From: Thalassospira australica
Lineage (GTDB): Bacteria > Pseudomonadota > Alphaproteobacteria > Rhodospirillales > Thalassospiraceae
Reading direction: 5' to 3'
NCBI RefSeq assembly: GCF_044790785.1
Contig: NZ_CP085258.1
Coordinates: 2,559,689 to 2,623,688 of the forward strand
DNA: 64,000 bases
In this document: in pieces, positions 1 to 10,728 of the stretch
How the letters are laid out: each line of letters opens with the position of its first letter
How positions within the stretch are numbered: position 1 is the first letter of the stretch
The notes under the pieces: generated by a model
Database searches by the model: none
Seen by the model: only the letters and a program-made list of their open reading frames with translations
Told to the model about the DNA's origin: nothing
Position numbers and translations under genes: made by a program

Positions 1-1220
1 AGAGTACGTTCGACAAGGTTGCGCAATTCGCGCACATTCCCCGGCCAGTCATATCGTGTCAATCCGGCCCGAACCGCCCCATCCATCGCGACTTGCGGTA
101 CGCCAAGCTGCTTGGATAGCTTGCTCATGAACAGGCTGGCAAGTTCAAGCACGTCATCGCCGCGATCACGCAGGGGCGGCATGGCGATATGCATGACATT
201 GATCCGGTAAAACAGATCGGCACGGAACCGGCCTGCCTCGACCTCTGCCTCAAGATCGGCATTGGTGGCAAAGATGAATCGCAAATCAACCGGTGCCTCG
301 CGCTCCGACCCTACCGGGCGAATACGGCGGCTTTCAATCGCGCGCAAAAGCTTGCTTTGCGTCGCCAGCGACAATTCACCAACCTCGTCCAGAAACAGGG
401 TGCCGCCCTGCGCATGCATGAAAAGCCCGTCGCGCGTGGTTTGCGCCCCGGTAAAGGCTCCCTTAAGGTGTCCAAACAATTCGGCCTCGATCATTTCGGA
501 CGGAATCGCGGCACAATTGATCGGCACGAACGGCTTTTCGGCACGATCTGATAGCGCATGCAGGGAACGCGCCGTCACTTCCTTGCCCGTACCGCTTTCC
601 CCGGAAATCAGGATCGATGTCGGAAGTGGCGCGACCCGCGCAATCGTTTCGCGGATTTCCTGGATTTGCGCCGAATAACCAATCAGCTTGTCGCGCAGCA
701 AGACATGATCGGACGTTGCACGCAATTCATGGCGTAGAACATGGTTTTCGCGCCGTAACCGCATCCGGTCAAGGCAGCGCGCCACCGCGTTCAAAATCTG
801 GTTGGATCGAAACGGTTTCAGGACAAAGTCAACCGCCCCGGCCCGCAATGCCTTGATCGCGGTATCCAGATCGGCATAGGCCGTCATCAGGATGGCATCG
901 GAAAAAAAGCCGATCTCGCGCTGCTCGGTCAACCACTCAACCCCGGACTTGCCCGGCATGATGTTATCAAGGATCACGACATCAAAATGATGCTGATCGA
1001 GAAGCTTGGTCGCTTCTTCGCAATCGGCGGCTTCCTCGACCCGTTTGGCACGCGGCCCCAATGTGCGGACAAGGAAATTGCGCATCCCCGGTTCGTCATC
1101 GACAATCAGGATCGATGCCTTTTCCAGCCACGGTCCGAATTCCGGCCCCGGCTTGCCATCCGGTTGCGATGCAGGTAAAGATGCCGCCAAATCCGGCGCA
1201 CCCATTGCACTCGATCTCAT
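1..1220 (-). CDS. sigma-54-dependent Fis-family response regulator (NtrC-like); C-terminal HTH cut off by window start
   Basis: Absent from ORF track because it runs off the window. Reverse-complement translation is continuous and gives a receiver domain (ILIVDDEPGMRNFL), Walker A GESGTGKEV (rc of ~578-606), ELFGH, GAFTGA and DWPGNVRELRN motifs. ATG at rc 1218-1220 is preceded by GGAGGA SD; an alternative ATG lies at rc 1248-1250. Confidence 0.8.
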   Translation of the reverse strand, partial: MRSSAMGAPDLAASLPASQPDGKPGPEFGPWLEKASILIVDDEPGMRNFLVRTLGPRAKRVEEAADCEEATKLLDQHHFDVVILDNIMPGKSGVEWLTEQREIGFFSDAILMTAYADLDTAIKALRAGAVDFVLKPFRSNQILNAVARCLDRMRLRRENHVLRHELRATSDHVLLRDKLIGYSAQIQEIRETIARVAPLPTSILISGESGTGKEVTARSLHALSDRAEKPFVPINCAAIPSEMIEAELFGHLKGAFTGAQTTRDGLFMHAQGGTLFLDEVGELSLATQSKLLRAIESRRIRPVGSEREAPVDLRFIFATNADLEAEVEAGRFRADLFYRINVMHIAMPPLRDRGDDVLELASLFMSKLSKQLGVPQVAMDGAVRAGLTRYDWPGNVRELRNLVERT

Positions 1221-1340
1221 TGATATTCCTCCGCCGATCTTCCCGGTCATTTTGTTTTTATTTTTTCGAAGATTAGATCAGCAGCACCTGAAAAGCAAAA
1301 CCGTTGGTCGCATTCCTCAAAGTTCTTCGCGCAAGCACAA

Positions 1341-1376
1341 TAAAAATCGGGCGGGAAACCAATGTTCCCCGCCCGA
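1341..1376 (-). terminator. rho-independent terminator downstream of mmsA (minus-strand transcript)
   Basis: Hairpin: left arm tcgggcggg (1347-1355), loop aaaccaatgtt, right arm ccccgcccga (1367-1376). On the minus strand it is followed by a TTTTTA tract (1341-1346 on plus). It sits just 3' of the mmsA stop at 1411. Confidence 0.5.
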
Positions 1377-1410
1377 TAGGCTCAGTTTAGGATTTATGCT
1401 GCCAGCGGCA

Positions 1411-2910
1411 TCACTTCATCGTCGGCATGACGAATTCGGCACCCTTGCGAATGCCCGTCGGCCAGCGCGAGGTGATGGTTTTAAGGCGGGTATAGAACCG
1501 CACACCTTCCATGCCATGCATGTGGTGATCGCCAAACAGAGATGCCTTCCAGCCGCCGAATGAATGGAACGCCATCGGAACCGGGATCGGCACATTGATG
1601 CCGACCATGCCGGTCTGGGTGCGGTTGGCAAATTCACGCGCCGTATCGCCATCGCGGGTAAAGATCGCAGTACCATTGCCATATTCATGGCTATCAACAA
1701 GATCGGCAGCGGTTTCAAAATCATCGGTCCGAACGATCGACAGGACCGGGCCGAAAATTTCTTCCTTATAGATCGTCATGTCGGGCGTGACATTATCAAA
1801 CAAGGTGCCGCCAACGAAATAGCCGTCTTCATAGCCCTGCAAACGAATGTCGCGGCCGTCCACAACCAGCTTCGCGCCTTCTTCAACGCCCTTGTTGATG
1901 TAACCGACAACCTTGTCGCGATGCTGCGCAGTGACAAGTGGGCCCATCTCGGCTGCCGGATCTGTCCCTGGTGCGACGCGAAGCTCGTTAATGCGCGGGA
2001 CAAGCTTTTCGACCAGCGCATCCGCCGTCGCCTTGCCGACCGGCACCGCAACCGAAATCGCCATGCACCGTTCGCCAGCCGATCCATATGCCGCTCCCAT
2101 CAAGGCATCCACCGCCTGATCCATATCGGCATCCGGCATCACGATCATGTGGTTTTTCGCACCACCCAGCGCCTGGCAACGTTTGCCCTGCGCGGTCGCG
2201 GTTTCATAGATATATTTCGCAATCGGGGTCGACCCGACAAAGCTGATCGCGCTCACATCCGGGTCAAACAGCAACGCATCAACCGCTTCTTTGTCGCCCT
2301 GAACAACGTTGAACACGCCATCGGGAAGACCTGCCTCGCTCAGCCATTCGGCGAGCAGAAGCGACGCCGACGGATCGCGTTCCGACGGTTTGAGAATAAA
2401 ACAGTTGCCGCAGGCAAGCGCGACCGGGAACATCCACATCGGCACCATCGCCGGGAAGTTGAAAGGCGTAATACCCGCAACAATGCCAAGCGGCTGGCGC
2501 ACCGAATGGCTATCAACCTTGGTGCCGACATTCTCGGTAAACTCGCCCTTCAAAAGCTGCGGCGCGCCAGTGGCAAACTCAACAACCTCGATACCGCGGG
2601 TAACTTCGCCCAGCGCATCCGAAAGCACCTTGCCGTGCTCGGCAGTGATCGCGGCGGCCAATTCTTCGGAACGGCTTTCAAGAATGCCAAGGAATTTATT
2701 GAGGATACGGGCACGACGCAGCGGCGTGGTATTGGCCCATTCGGCGGCCACCGCACGTGCGCTTTCAACAGCCGTCCGAACCTCGGCCTTGGATGCAAGG
2801 TCAACCGTCGCACTCTGCTGACCGGTGGCCGGGTTGAACACGGCAGCACTGCGGCCCGATTTGCCGGCAACACGTTTGCCGTTGATGTAATGGGTGATCT
2901 GGCTGGACAT
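1411..2910 (-). CDS. mmsA: methylmalonate-semialdehyde dehydrogenase (CoA-acylating)
   Basis: 499 aa ORF with aldehyde dehydrogenase hallmarks and the MmsA-typical N-terminus ([17 protein letters not shown]), [17 protein letters not shown], catalytic Cys region GERCMA and [15 protein letters not shown] upstream of ATG at 2908-2910. Confidence 0.9.
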   Translation of the reverse strand: MSSQITHYINGKRVAGKSGRSAAVFNPATGQQSATVDLASKAEVRTAVESARAVAAEWANTTPLRRARILNKFLGILESRSEELAAAITAEHGKVLSDALGEVTRGIEVVEFATGAPQLLKGEFTENVGTKVDSHSVRQPLGIVAGITPFNFPAMVPMWMFPVALACGNCFILKPSERDPSASLLLAEWLSEAGLPDGVFNVVQGDKEAVDALLFDPDVSAISFVGSTPIAKYIYETATAQGKRCQALGGAKNHMIVMPDADMDQAVDALMGAAYGSAGERCMAISVAVPVGKATADALVEKLVPRINELRVAPGTDPAAEMGPLVTAQHRDKVVGYINKGVEEGAKLVVDGRDIRLQGYEDGYFVGGTLFDNVTPDMTIYKEEIFGPVLSIVRTDDFETAADLVDSHEYGNGTAIFTRDGDTAREFANRTQTGMVGINVPIPVPMAFHSFGGWKASLFGDHHMHGMEGVRFYTRLKTITSRWPTGIRKGAEFVMPTMK

Positions 2911-2980
2911 TCGGCTTCTCCCGATAATCTGATGATCTTTTGTTGCGGGTCATAAAAAAACTGCCCGCAAAGTATGCCGA

Positions 2981-3010
2981 TTATGGATATGCATATGGAT
3001 GCACATCAAT
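2981..3010. promoter_or_regulatory. candidate LysR-type operator in the mmsA/LysR divergent promoter region
   Basis: Three tandem hexamers ATGGAT-ATGCAT-ATGGAT containing the perfect 10-bp palindrome ATATGCATAT (2987-2996), lying between divergent starts 2910 (-) and 3057 (+). T-N11-A-like architecture. Confidence 0.3.
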
Positions 3011-3056
3011 TATCATTATTGCAAATTCGATGTGCAATTTTTAAAGTCGACTAATC

Positions 3057-3944
3057 ATGGATTGGGACCGCATTCGCATATTCCTTGCTGTTGCCAGACA
3101 AGGACAAATCCTGTCGGCTGCCCGTCAGCTTGGCCTGAACCACGCCACAGTCGGTCGACAATTGACCGCGCTGGAACAGGAACTTGGCACCAAGCTTGTC
3201 GAACGGCGCACTACCGGATCGGAACTGACCGAGGCCGGAAAGGCGCTAATGGGTGCGGCAGAGGCCGCAGAATCCGCCTTCCTTAAAGTCGGCACCGCCT
3301 TCCCCAACCGGGCAGAAGGCATCGTCGGGACCGTACGTGTCGGCGTACCCGACGGGCTTGGCAACTATTTTCTGGCGCGCGAACTGGCTGGCTTTGCCGC
3401 CCAGCATCCCGATCTGGTGATCCAGCTTGTGCCGCTGCCGCGCACCTTCTCGTTATCACAACGCGAGGCCGATATCGCCATCACCCTTGACCGCCCCAAA
3501 CAGGGGCGGCTGGTGATCAAAAAACTGACCGACTACTCGCTCAGCGTCTATGCATCCCAAAGCTACATCACACAATATGGCGCGATCCGGTCGGAACGCG
3601 ATCTGACCGACCGGTTGTTCGTCACCCATATCGAAGACCTGATTTACAGCCGCGCGCTTGATTACGCCGCACGCCTCGGCAAACTGATGAAGCGCCGCTT
3701 TGAATGCGGCAGTGTGGTCGCCCAGATGGAAGCGGTGCGCAACGGGCATGGCATTGGCATTTTGCATGATTATGCCGCACGCAATATGCCGGAACTGGTT
3801 CGGCTGTTACCCGATATCCATTTTATCCGGAACTACTGGATGCTGCTTCATCCCGATACCAAGGACACACGAACTGTTGCCGCCGTTGCTGATCATATTT
3901 CGCGAATCGTACGCGCGGCACGTGACCAGTTTGTTCTGGATTGA
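3057..3944 (+). CDS. LysR-family transcriptional regulator, divergent from mmsA
   Basis: N-terminal wHTH typical of LysR ([39 protein letters not shown]), then a substrate-binding co-inducer domain. 295 aa; divergent arrangement with its probable target mmsA. Confidence 0.85.
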   Translation: MDWDRIRIFLAVARQGQILSAARQLGLNHATVGRQLTALEQELGTKLVERRTTGSELTEAGKALMGAAEAAESAFLKVGTAFPNRAEGIVGTVRVGVPDGLGNYFLARELAGFAAQHPDLVIQLVPLPRTFSLSQREADIAITLDRPKQGRLVIKKLTDYSLSVYASQSYITQYGAIRSERDLTDRLFVTHIEDLIYSRALDYAARLGKLMKRRFECGSVVAQMEAVRNGHGIGILHDYAARNMPELVRLLPDIHFIRNYWMLLHPDTKDTRTVAAVADHISRIVRAARDQFVLD

Positions 3945-4305
3945 TCCGGTTGATCAAACCTTGTCGGCAAGTCGCCAATCTGGCACTCCGGGGTCTGCTT
4001 TTTACCAAACCTGGCCATCGATAGATGCAGGCAATTCAATACTATACGTTTGATCGCAGGATCGAAGGCATACAGCGGTTTCTAATAAAGGCATTTGAAT
4101 GCTCGGAGCCCCAAAAATCCAGCCTTTGGCTGCATTTTCATTTATTTAACATACAATTTTTCACGACAGTCTCTTGCAAAACAGGGCCGATCACGGCCAT
4201 ATTCTTTCAGATATGGTTGGGGGAAACAGCCAATTGTGATGCGGTCGCGTGAATAACCTGACGAACAGGATCATTAGGCCTGTCACAATATGGCAGTAAC
4301 AACGT
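3945..4305 (+). promoter_or_regulatory. AT-rich non-coding leader/promoter region upstream of NRPS-PKS gene 1
   Basis: 360 bp with no convincing ORF and markedly lower GC than flanks (e.g. catttatttaacatacaatttttcacg). It immediately precedes the 25 kb operon. Confidence 0.4.
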
Positions 4306-7300
4306 TTGAAAGGTCAGACGTTGCAGAAGCGCACAAACACGTTTGCGCCGGGGACAGAACGGCAGGGAGAACCGCTTACAACGCCGCAGTCGAGCATATG
4401 GCTTGACTGGGCCGAAGGCGACGATTGCGCAAATTACAATATTTGCAGCGTCATCCGGTTCGAGGGCGATCTTGATATTGCAGCCCTTTACAAGGCAATT
4501 GTCCAAACCGATCAGGAAAATGACGCCCTGCGTCTGCGCTTTGCATCAGAAGGCGGCAATCCGTTTCAGACCTTTGCCGATGACTGCCGCGAAACCGATT
4601 TCAGCGTCATCGATTTAAGTTTTACCGATGATCCGGTTCTGATCGCCAATAACGAAGTCGAGGAAATCCGCCGCCGTCCGCTTGACCCGGAAAACGGATA
4701 TCATTGCCGCCATCGCCTGTTGCAACTGGGCACGGGACGTTACTGGTGGGTTCGGGTCTATCATCATCTGGTCTGTGACGGATATGCCGGGCATTTGATG
4801 GCGCAACGCGCGGCGGAAATTTACAGCGCACTTAAAACCGGTACTGCCGTCCCCGAAAGCACATTCGGGTCCTATGGCGACTTTATCGCTGCTGACGCGA
4901 CCTATCCCGAAACACCGGCCTATCAACGTGACCTTGTCTATTGGCAGGAACGCCTGCAAAACGATCACGCGATCACGCGGTTTTCATCCGACAAACCATC
5001 GGGAAAGCTGATTCAGGCCCGGCTGGAACAGACGCTGGATGGTCAGGAACTTGCCAGACTGACCCAGACGGCCAAAGCCTGCGGCACATCGCCCACCGCG
5101 ATTGTCATGGCCACATATTTCATCCTGCTGGGTCAGGTCACCCATATCAAACACCCGACCGTCACCATGCCGCTTCTAAACCGGATGGGACGGGTGGAAC
5201 GCCATACGCCGGGGGCATTTTCCTATATCGTGCCCTTCGATGCCGATTTGGGAAAACACTCACGTTTTTCGGAATTGGCCCGCGATATCTTTGCCCGGGC
5301 GCGTCGCGATGTCCGGCATATGCGCCTTGGCGCGCCGCGCATGCGTGCGGCAAGGCTGGGTGCCAGGGGCCTGTCGGGCGGCGGTGCCTTTTTCAACAGT
5401 CTGGACGGGGCAGAACCCTTATCCTTTACCGGGATCGATACGCGCCGGGTCAATATCTATAACGGGCCGGTCACCGACCTTGGCCTGATCTATATGATGC
5501 AGGCCATAAGCCCGGACAGGCAGGAAGCCGAAATCATCTGGCAATATGATACCGCTTGTCACGACGTTAAATCCGTTACCCGCATCGCCGACCGTTTCCG
5601 TCATTTCCTGTCCCGTGCACTGGACGACCCGGAACAGGAAATTGCGACGATTGCCGCACCGCCATTGGACGAGCTTGCCGTTATCCGCAAACTTGAAACC
5701 GGCGCGGCATTCACAAGACCGGTTCCCGAACGACTCATTCCTGACCGAATTCAGCACGCCATATCATCACGCCCCGGCGATATCGCGCTGATCACCGATG
5801 ATGGCCACGAAGTCACCTTTGCAACGCTGGGCCACATGGCCAATGCCGTTGCGCATCACCTGCGCCAAAGCGGGATTGCAGCGGGTGACTTTGTCGGCAT
5901 GAATGTCTCGCCGAGCGCGCAGCAAATTGCCGCTGTGATCGGCGTCCTGAAATGCGGGGCAGTCTGCGTGCAGCTCGACCCGTTGCAGCCCGTCGCACGC
6001 AACGCGTCGATGACACGTCATCTTGATTGCCGACTTGTTCTGAGTGACAACACCGACGCATGGCGCGAGATCGGCAACACCACCATCACGGTGAAGGATA
6101 TCAACGCCGTGCCGGGCATTGACGGCAGAACCGTCTTGGAAGATGTCCGTGCCGATATTTGCGGTGACGATATTGCCTTTGTCTTCCATACGTCGGGTTC
6201 AACCGGGCAACCAAAACCGGTTCCCGTTCATCACCAATCCCTTGCCGACAAGATCGACGTCGCCATTGCGCTATTCGGCATCGGATCACATGAAAACGGC
6301 AATCCTGAAACTATAGGACTGTTCCCATCGCTCGGATTTGATCCGTGGATGCATCAATTCTGTGTCGGGTTGATCTGTGGCCATCGTATGTGGCTGATGA
6401 CCCATGCGATACTCAGCGACGGGCATAAATTCTGGAACGGTGTAGCGCGACACCATGTCACCCACCTTATGTCGGTGCCATCATTTTATGAAAGTGTGAT
6501 TGATGCCATTCCGGCAGATGGCAATTTCAAATTGCGCCGAATGATCATTGGCGGCGAGGTCCTGCAACCAACACTTTCCCGGCGGCTTTATTCCGTTTTC
6601 GAGTCTGCCGATATCTGGAACTGCTATGGCCCGACCGAAGCCACAATCCATGCCGCTACCCATCTGATCCCAAGGGACATCAAAACCAAAAACATCCCGC
6701 TTGGCTGCGTCGACAGGGGGGCATTTGTCCGGATACTTGATGAGGACGGAAAACGGGTGCCGCTTGGTGTTCCGGGCGAGATTTACCTCGGCGGGATCGG
6801 GCTTAATCGCGGCTATATCAATATGCCCGCAGTAACCGCTGAAAAGTTTATCAAAGACCCGACTGGCGAGACCGGTGAAACCTTTTATCGCAGTGGCGAT
6901 CTGGTTTCCTGGGGCGAAGACGGGCTGCTTTATTATCATGGGCGCACGGACGAGCAGGTCAAAATCCGCGGGCAACGTATTGAAATCGGGGAAATCGAAT
7001 ACCAGCTTTCGCGTGTTTCCGGCGTTGGACGGGCTGCCGTATCGTATGTCAAAACCAATCATGGCGGCGAACTGATCGGTTATCTTCTATCCAACGGAAA
7101 CCCTTCGTCGCGGCCCGACATTGGCACCGTGCGTGGCGAACTGGCGCACCACCTGTCCGACGCAGCGGTTCCGACCCGCCTTGAATGGGCAGAAACGCTT
7201 CCACTGCTGCCGTCGGGCAAAATCGACCGTAAAGCACTTGCTGAATTTGCCGCACTCCGCGACAGCAAGCAACCTGTTGCCCAAGCCACCAGCCCGCAAC

Positions 7301-10300
7301 CAGCGGTCCGTAAACCCGATCAGATGCGCATCCTTCAACTGGCAGATAAAATTGCCAAAATCTGGATGGATTTGATCGAAACCGACGAAATTGAATTTGA
7401 CACCAACCTGTTTGAAGCCGGTGCCCATTCATTGCTGGTGCCACGTGCCCAGTTTGCCCTGTCAAAACTTGCCGGTCGCAATATCGCGTCGGTCGAAATA
7501 TTCAATCATCCGACCATCAATTCCTTTGCCCGTCACCTTTGTGCCGATGACCAAGCCCCCCCCGAAACCGTACAGGCCGACCCAGTAAAGTCCCAACGCA
7601 ATGTGTCTGAGAATCACGACATTGCGATTATCGGCATGGCGATGCGCCTGCCCGGTGCGAATGATCCCGACGCCTTCTGGTCAATGCTTGAAAACGGGAT
7701 CAATCAGATAAAGGATGTCGATATTTCGCGGCTAAGCGCAATGGGCGGCGATCCATCGGCGCTCGAAGACGCCGATTTCGTCGCACGTCACGGGATTCTC
7801 GACGATATCGATATGTTCGATCCCGCCCCGTTTGCCATGACTGCGGGCGAAGTCATCGAAACCGATCCCCAACAACGCCTGCTGCTTGAAGTCGCCCTTG
7901 GCGCGATGGAAGACGGGTCTTGTGATCCGGCGCGCGACGGCCCTGTCGGTGCCTATGTTGGCGTCGGTTTCCCGACCTATCTGGTCGACAGCCTGCGCGA
8001 CAGCCTGCGCGACCGCCCCGATGCGATCCGGTATGGCGTAACAATCGGCAATGACAAGGACTTCGCCGCCACACGGCTTGCCTACAAGCTGAACCTGACC
8101 GGCCCGGCCATCGCATCCTCGACCGCATGCTCGACCGGTCTTGTCAATATTGCGCTTGCCGTAAATGCATTGCGGTCCGGCCAATGCCGTGTCGCCCTTG
8201 CCGGTGGTGCCTCCCTTGGGATCAGCCCGGCTGGCGGATATTATTTCACGCAGGGCGGCATCGGATCACGAAGCGGCGTCTGCCGCCCGTTCGACAGCAA
8301 GGCAGACGGCGTTGTCGGCGGCAGCGGTGCGGCCATTATTCTTCTGAAACGTCTTGATGATGCCATTGCCGACAGGGATACCATTCATGCGATCATCAAA
8401 GGTGTCGGTATGAGTAATGACGGCTCTGCAAAAGCCGCCTTTACCGCCCCCAGTGTCGATGGTCAGGCAAAAGCCATCCAGACGGCCCTTGACGACGCCC
8501 AAATCGATCCATCCACCATCCGCTTTGTCGAAGGCCACGGCACCGCAACAGCCCTTGGCGACCCGATAGAGATCGCCGCACTGAACAAGGTTTATGCAAA
8601 GGCCGATGCAAGGCCAACGCATCCGATCTGGCTTGGCTCGGTCAAGGGCAATATCGGCCATCTGGACAGTGCCGCCGGAATTGCCGGTCTGATCAAGGCC
8701 GTATTGGCAATCCGCCACCGGGCATTCCCGCCGACCTGCCATTTCAATCAACCGAACGAAAACCTTGGTCTGGATCAGGGACCTTTTCGAATAAACAATA
8801 CCGTTCAACCATTGTCGAATAATGATGATGAACCGCTGCGCGCGGGCATCAGCAGCTTCGGGGTTGGCGGCACCAATGCGCATGTGATTATCGAGGAGGC
8901 CCCCCGTTTCGATGGACCGGCATCACGCCAGACACAAAACGATATTCCCCATATCCTACCGTTCTCGGCGGCAAGCGAAACCGCCTTGCAGAAACTTCTG
9001 ACCAACACCGCAAGCTGGCTTGACCGCCACGGATCAGGCATGGCGATATCCGATGTGGCCAACAGCTTGTCGTGCCGCCGCGCCTATCGTTTCAGGGCCG
9101 CCATCGTTGCCACCGACATCAACGCTGCGATTTCCTCCCTGACAAATCCGAAATCGCCCGCCCATCACCAATCCGTTGCCAGACGCAACACTCCTTCCAT
9201 CACCTTCCTGTTCCCCGGTCAGGGATCGCAACGACCGGGCATGGCTAAAGATCTTTGTGCCGCCGATCACGCATCAGCAGAACGGATACGCAATGCCTGC
9301 CTGCATGTGGCACAAACCGGTGGCCCCGATGATCTGTTTGACTTGCTGACCGTGCCTGATGAAAGCCCGGCAACCGCAAACCGCATGGCACGCACCGAAA
9401 TAGCCCAGCCCGCCCTGTTCATTTATGAATATGCGCTGGCAAACTGGCTGATCGAAAATGGCATTTCTCCTGCGGCACTGGCCGGGCACAGCATCGGCGA
9501 ATATGTCGCCGCCTGTATTGGCGGGGTTATGTCCTTTGACGATGCGCTTCGCCTTGTGGTGATGCGCGGTCGCCTGATGGGCCAGACCGAACCGGGATCA
9601 ATGTTTGCCCTGTCCATGGCCGAGGCCGAGGTCGGTGATCTTCTGTCGGCCTTTGGCCCCGATCTGTCGATGGCCGCAATCAACGGACCGCGTCAATGCG
9701 TGGTGGCAGGCAGCACCGAATGCATCGACGCACTTGAAGATCATATCACGGCTCAAGGGAAATCCGGTCGTCGGCTTGTGGTTTCCCATGCCTTCCATTC
9801 ACGCATGATGGAACCGGTTCTCGACGAATTCCGCAATACGGTCGCCAAAATCAGGCTGAACGCGCCAACCCTTCCGATCCAGTCCAACCTGACCGGTAAC
9901 TGGCTGACACCCGAAGACGCCACAAGCCCCGATTACTGGGTTCAACATCTGCGCAATGCGGTGCGCTTTGCCGATAATATCAAGGGACTTATCGCCGAAA
10001 TGCCCGAAACGATCATGGTCGAATGCGGTTTTGGCAACACGGCAAGCCGCCTTGCCATCGTCAACGGTACCCCGACGGGAAACAGCATGGCCCTGCAACC
10101 TGCCCCCGATGCCGCCCGAAAAACAGATGCCGTCATCACCGGCTCAAATGCACTGGCCGGAACGATTGCCAGACTTTGGGTCATGGGCACGTCGCCCGAT
10201 TGGGACAAGGTCAACCAATCCCATGATGCCCGCCGCATTCCATTGCCGACCTATGCCTTTGATCGACGCCGGTTCTGGCCGGACAAGGGAACCACCACAA

Positions 10301-10728
10301 CATCCGACCTGCAATCTTTCGCAGCCCCTGCCACATCGGCAGAAGTCACATCGCCACCGGCACAGAATGCACAGAATGCACAGAATGCACAGAATGAACC
10401 AAACGCAAACATGCACCGGCAGGCCACCATTCTGGACGTCTGGCGCAATATGTTTGGCGATCCGACCATCGGTCCCGATGATGACTTCTTTGAACTTGGC
10501 GGGGACTCCTTATTCGCAGTGCGGATCGCAACACGGCTTTCCGAAATCCTGGCCGCCGAAATTCCGGCTGCCGTAATGTTTGAAGGCCGCACGGCTTCGG
10601 GTGTTGCCAACCTGCTTGCATCCTTTGATACAAACAGCACGCCGACCAATCCCCAGCCAGCGCCAGCGACAACAGCAAAACCAACTGCAACAGCCCCCCT
10701 TCCATCACGCGAACAGGGAGTGCTGTAA
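4306..10728 (+). CDS. hybrid NRPS-PKS, modules 1-2: C(starter-like)-A-T-KS-AT-T
   Basis: C domain HHLVCDGYA (~4761-4790). A domain cores FHTSGSTGQPKPV (~6190), NCYGPTEAT, GEIYLGGIGLNRGY, YRSGDL, GRTDEQVKIRGQRIE, PSGKIDRKAL. PCP FEAGAHSLL (~7420). KS DTACSTGLV (~8120), EGHGTATALGDP, GNIGHLDSAAG. AT GHSIGEYVAA (~9483) with HAFH motif, indicating malonyl-CoA. C-terminal carrier FFELGGDSLFAVRIATRL (~10495). Annotated start is TTG at 4306; TTG at 4321 is also possible. The stop overlaps the gene 2 ATG (TAATG). Confidence 0.9.
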   Translation: MKGQTLQKRTNTFAPGTERQGEPLTTPQSSIWLDWAEGDDCANYNICSVIRFEGDLDIAALYKAIVQTDQENDALRLRFASEGGNPFQTFADDCRETDFSVIDLSFTDDPVLIANNEVEEIRRRPLDPENGYHCRHRLLQLGTGRYWWVRVYHHLVCDGYAGHLMAQRAAEIYSALKTGTAVPESTFGSYGDFIAADATYPETPAYQRDLVYWQERLQNDHAITRFSSDKPSGKLIQARLEQTLDGQELARLTQTAKACGTSPTAIVMATYFILLGQVTHIKHPTVTMPLLNRMGRVERHTPGAFSYIVPFDADLGKHSRFSELARDIFARARRDVRHMRLGAPRMRAARLGARGLSGGGAFFNSLDGAEPLSFTGIDTRRVNIYNGPVTDLGLIYMMQAISPDRQEAEIIWQYDTACHDVKSVTRIADRFRHFLSRALDDPEQEIATIAAPPLDELAVIRKLETGAAFTRPVPERLIPDRIQHAISSRPGDIALITDDGHEVTFATLGHMANAVAHHLRQSGIAAGDFVGMNVSPSAQQIAAVIGVLKCGAVCVQLDPLQPVARNASMTRHLDCRLVLSDNTDAWREIGNTTITVKDINAVPGIDGRTVLEDVRADICGDDIAFVFHTSGSTGQPKPVPVHHQSLADKIDVAIALFGIGSHENGNPETIGLFPSLGFDPWMHQFCVGLICGHRMWLMTHAILSDGHKFWNGVARHHVTHLMSVPSFYESVIDAIPADGNFKLRRMIIGGEVLQPTLSRRLYSVFESADIWNCYGPTEATIHAATHLIPRDIKTKNIPLGCVDRGAFVRILDEDGKRVPLGVPGEIYLGGIGLNRGYINMPAVTAEKFIKDPTGETGETFYRSGDLVSWGEDGLLYYHGRTDEQVKIRGQRIEIGEIEYQLSRVSGVGRAAVSYVKTNHGGELIGYLLSNGNPSSRPDIGTVRGELAHHLSDAAVPTRLEWAETLPLLPSGKIDRKALAEFAALRDSKQPVAQATSPQPAVRKPDQMRILQLADKIAKIWMDLIETDEIEFDTNLFEAGAHSLLVPRAQFALSKLAGRNIASVEIFNHPTINSFARHLCADDQAPPETVQADPVKSQRNVSENHDIAIIGMAMRLPGANDPDAFWSMLENGINQIKDVDISRLSAMGGDPSALEDADFVARHGILDDIDMFDPAPFAMTAGEVIETDPQQRLLLEVALGAMEDGSCDPARDGPVGAYVGVGFPTYLVDSLRDSLRDRPDAIRYGVTIGNDKDFAATRLAYKLNLTGPAIASSTACSTGLVNIALAVNALRSGQCRVALAGGASLGISPAGGYYFTQGGIGSRSGVCRPFDSKADGVVGGSGAAIILLKRLDDAIADRDTIHAIIKGVGMSNDGSAKAAFTAPSVDGQAKAIQTALDDAQIDPSTIRFVEGHGTATALGDPIEIAALNKVYAKADARPTHPIWLGSVKGNIGHLDSAAGIAGLIKAVLAIRHRAFPPTCHFNQPNENLGLDQGPFRINNTVQPLSNNDDEPLRAGISSFGVGGTNAHVIIEEAPRFDGPASRQTQNDIPHILPFSAASETALQKLLTNTASWLDRHGSGMAISDVANSLSCRRAYRFRAAIVATDINAAISSLTNPKSPAHHQSVARRNTPSITFLFPGQGSQRPGMAKDLCAADHASAERIRNACLHVAQTGGPDDLFDLLTVPDESPATANRMARTEIAQPALFIYEYALANWLIENGISPAALAGHSIGEYVAACIGGVMSFDDALRLVVMRGRLMGQTEPGSMFALSMAEAEVGDLLSAFGPDLSMAAINGPRQCVVAGSTECIDALEDHITAQGKSGRRLVVSHAFHSRMMEPVLDEFRNTVAKIRLNAPTLPIQSNLTGNWLTPEDATSPDYWVQHLRNAVRFADNIKGLIAEMPETIMVECGFGNTASRLAIVNGTPTGNSMALQPAPDAARKTDAVITGSNALAGTIARLWVMGTSPDWDKVNQSHDARRIPLPTYAFDRRRFWPDKGTTTTSDLQSFAAPATSAEVTSPPAQNAQNAQNAQNEPNANMHRQATILDVWRNMFGDPTIGPDDDFFELGGDSLFAVRIATRLSEILAAEIPAAVMFEGRTASGVANLLASFDTNSTPTNPQPAPATTAKPTATAPLPSREQGVL
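10361..10396 (+). repeat. perfect 4x tandem 9-bp repeat (cacagaatg) encoding (AQN)4 in the AT-to-carrier linker of gene 1
   Basis: Counted directly: four identical 9-mers at 10361-69, 10370-78, 10379-87 and 10388-96. In-frame, low-complexity linker. Confidence 0.9.

Noticed and set aside
189-856. Plus-strand ORFs 189-551, 262-678 and 617-856
   Set aside because: They lie antisense to the clearly coding sigma-54 regulator (GESGTGKE, GAFTGA and receiver motifs on the minus strand). They are shadow ORFs of GC-rich DNA.
1564-2955. 463-aa plus-strand ORF opposite mmsA
   Set aside because: Arg/His-rich nonsense composition. The opposite strand encodes a full-length, motif-perfect MmsA.
10144-10708. 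ORFs containing MHRMHRMHRM, HSVHSVHSV and CAFCAFCAF
   Set aside because: These are frame and strand artifacts of the 9-bp x4 tandem repeat at 10361-10396, which is in-frame (AQN)4 within gene 1.
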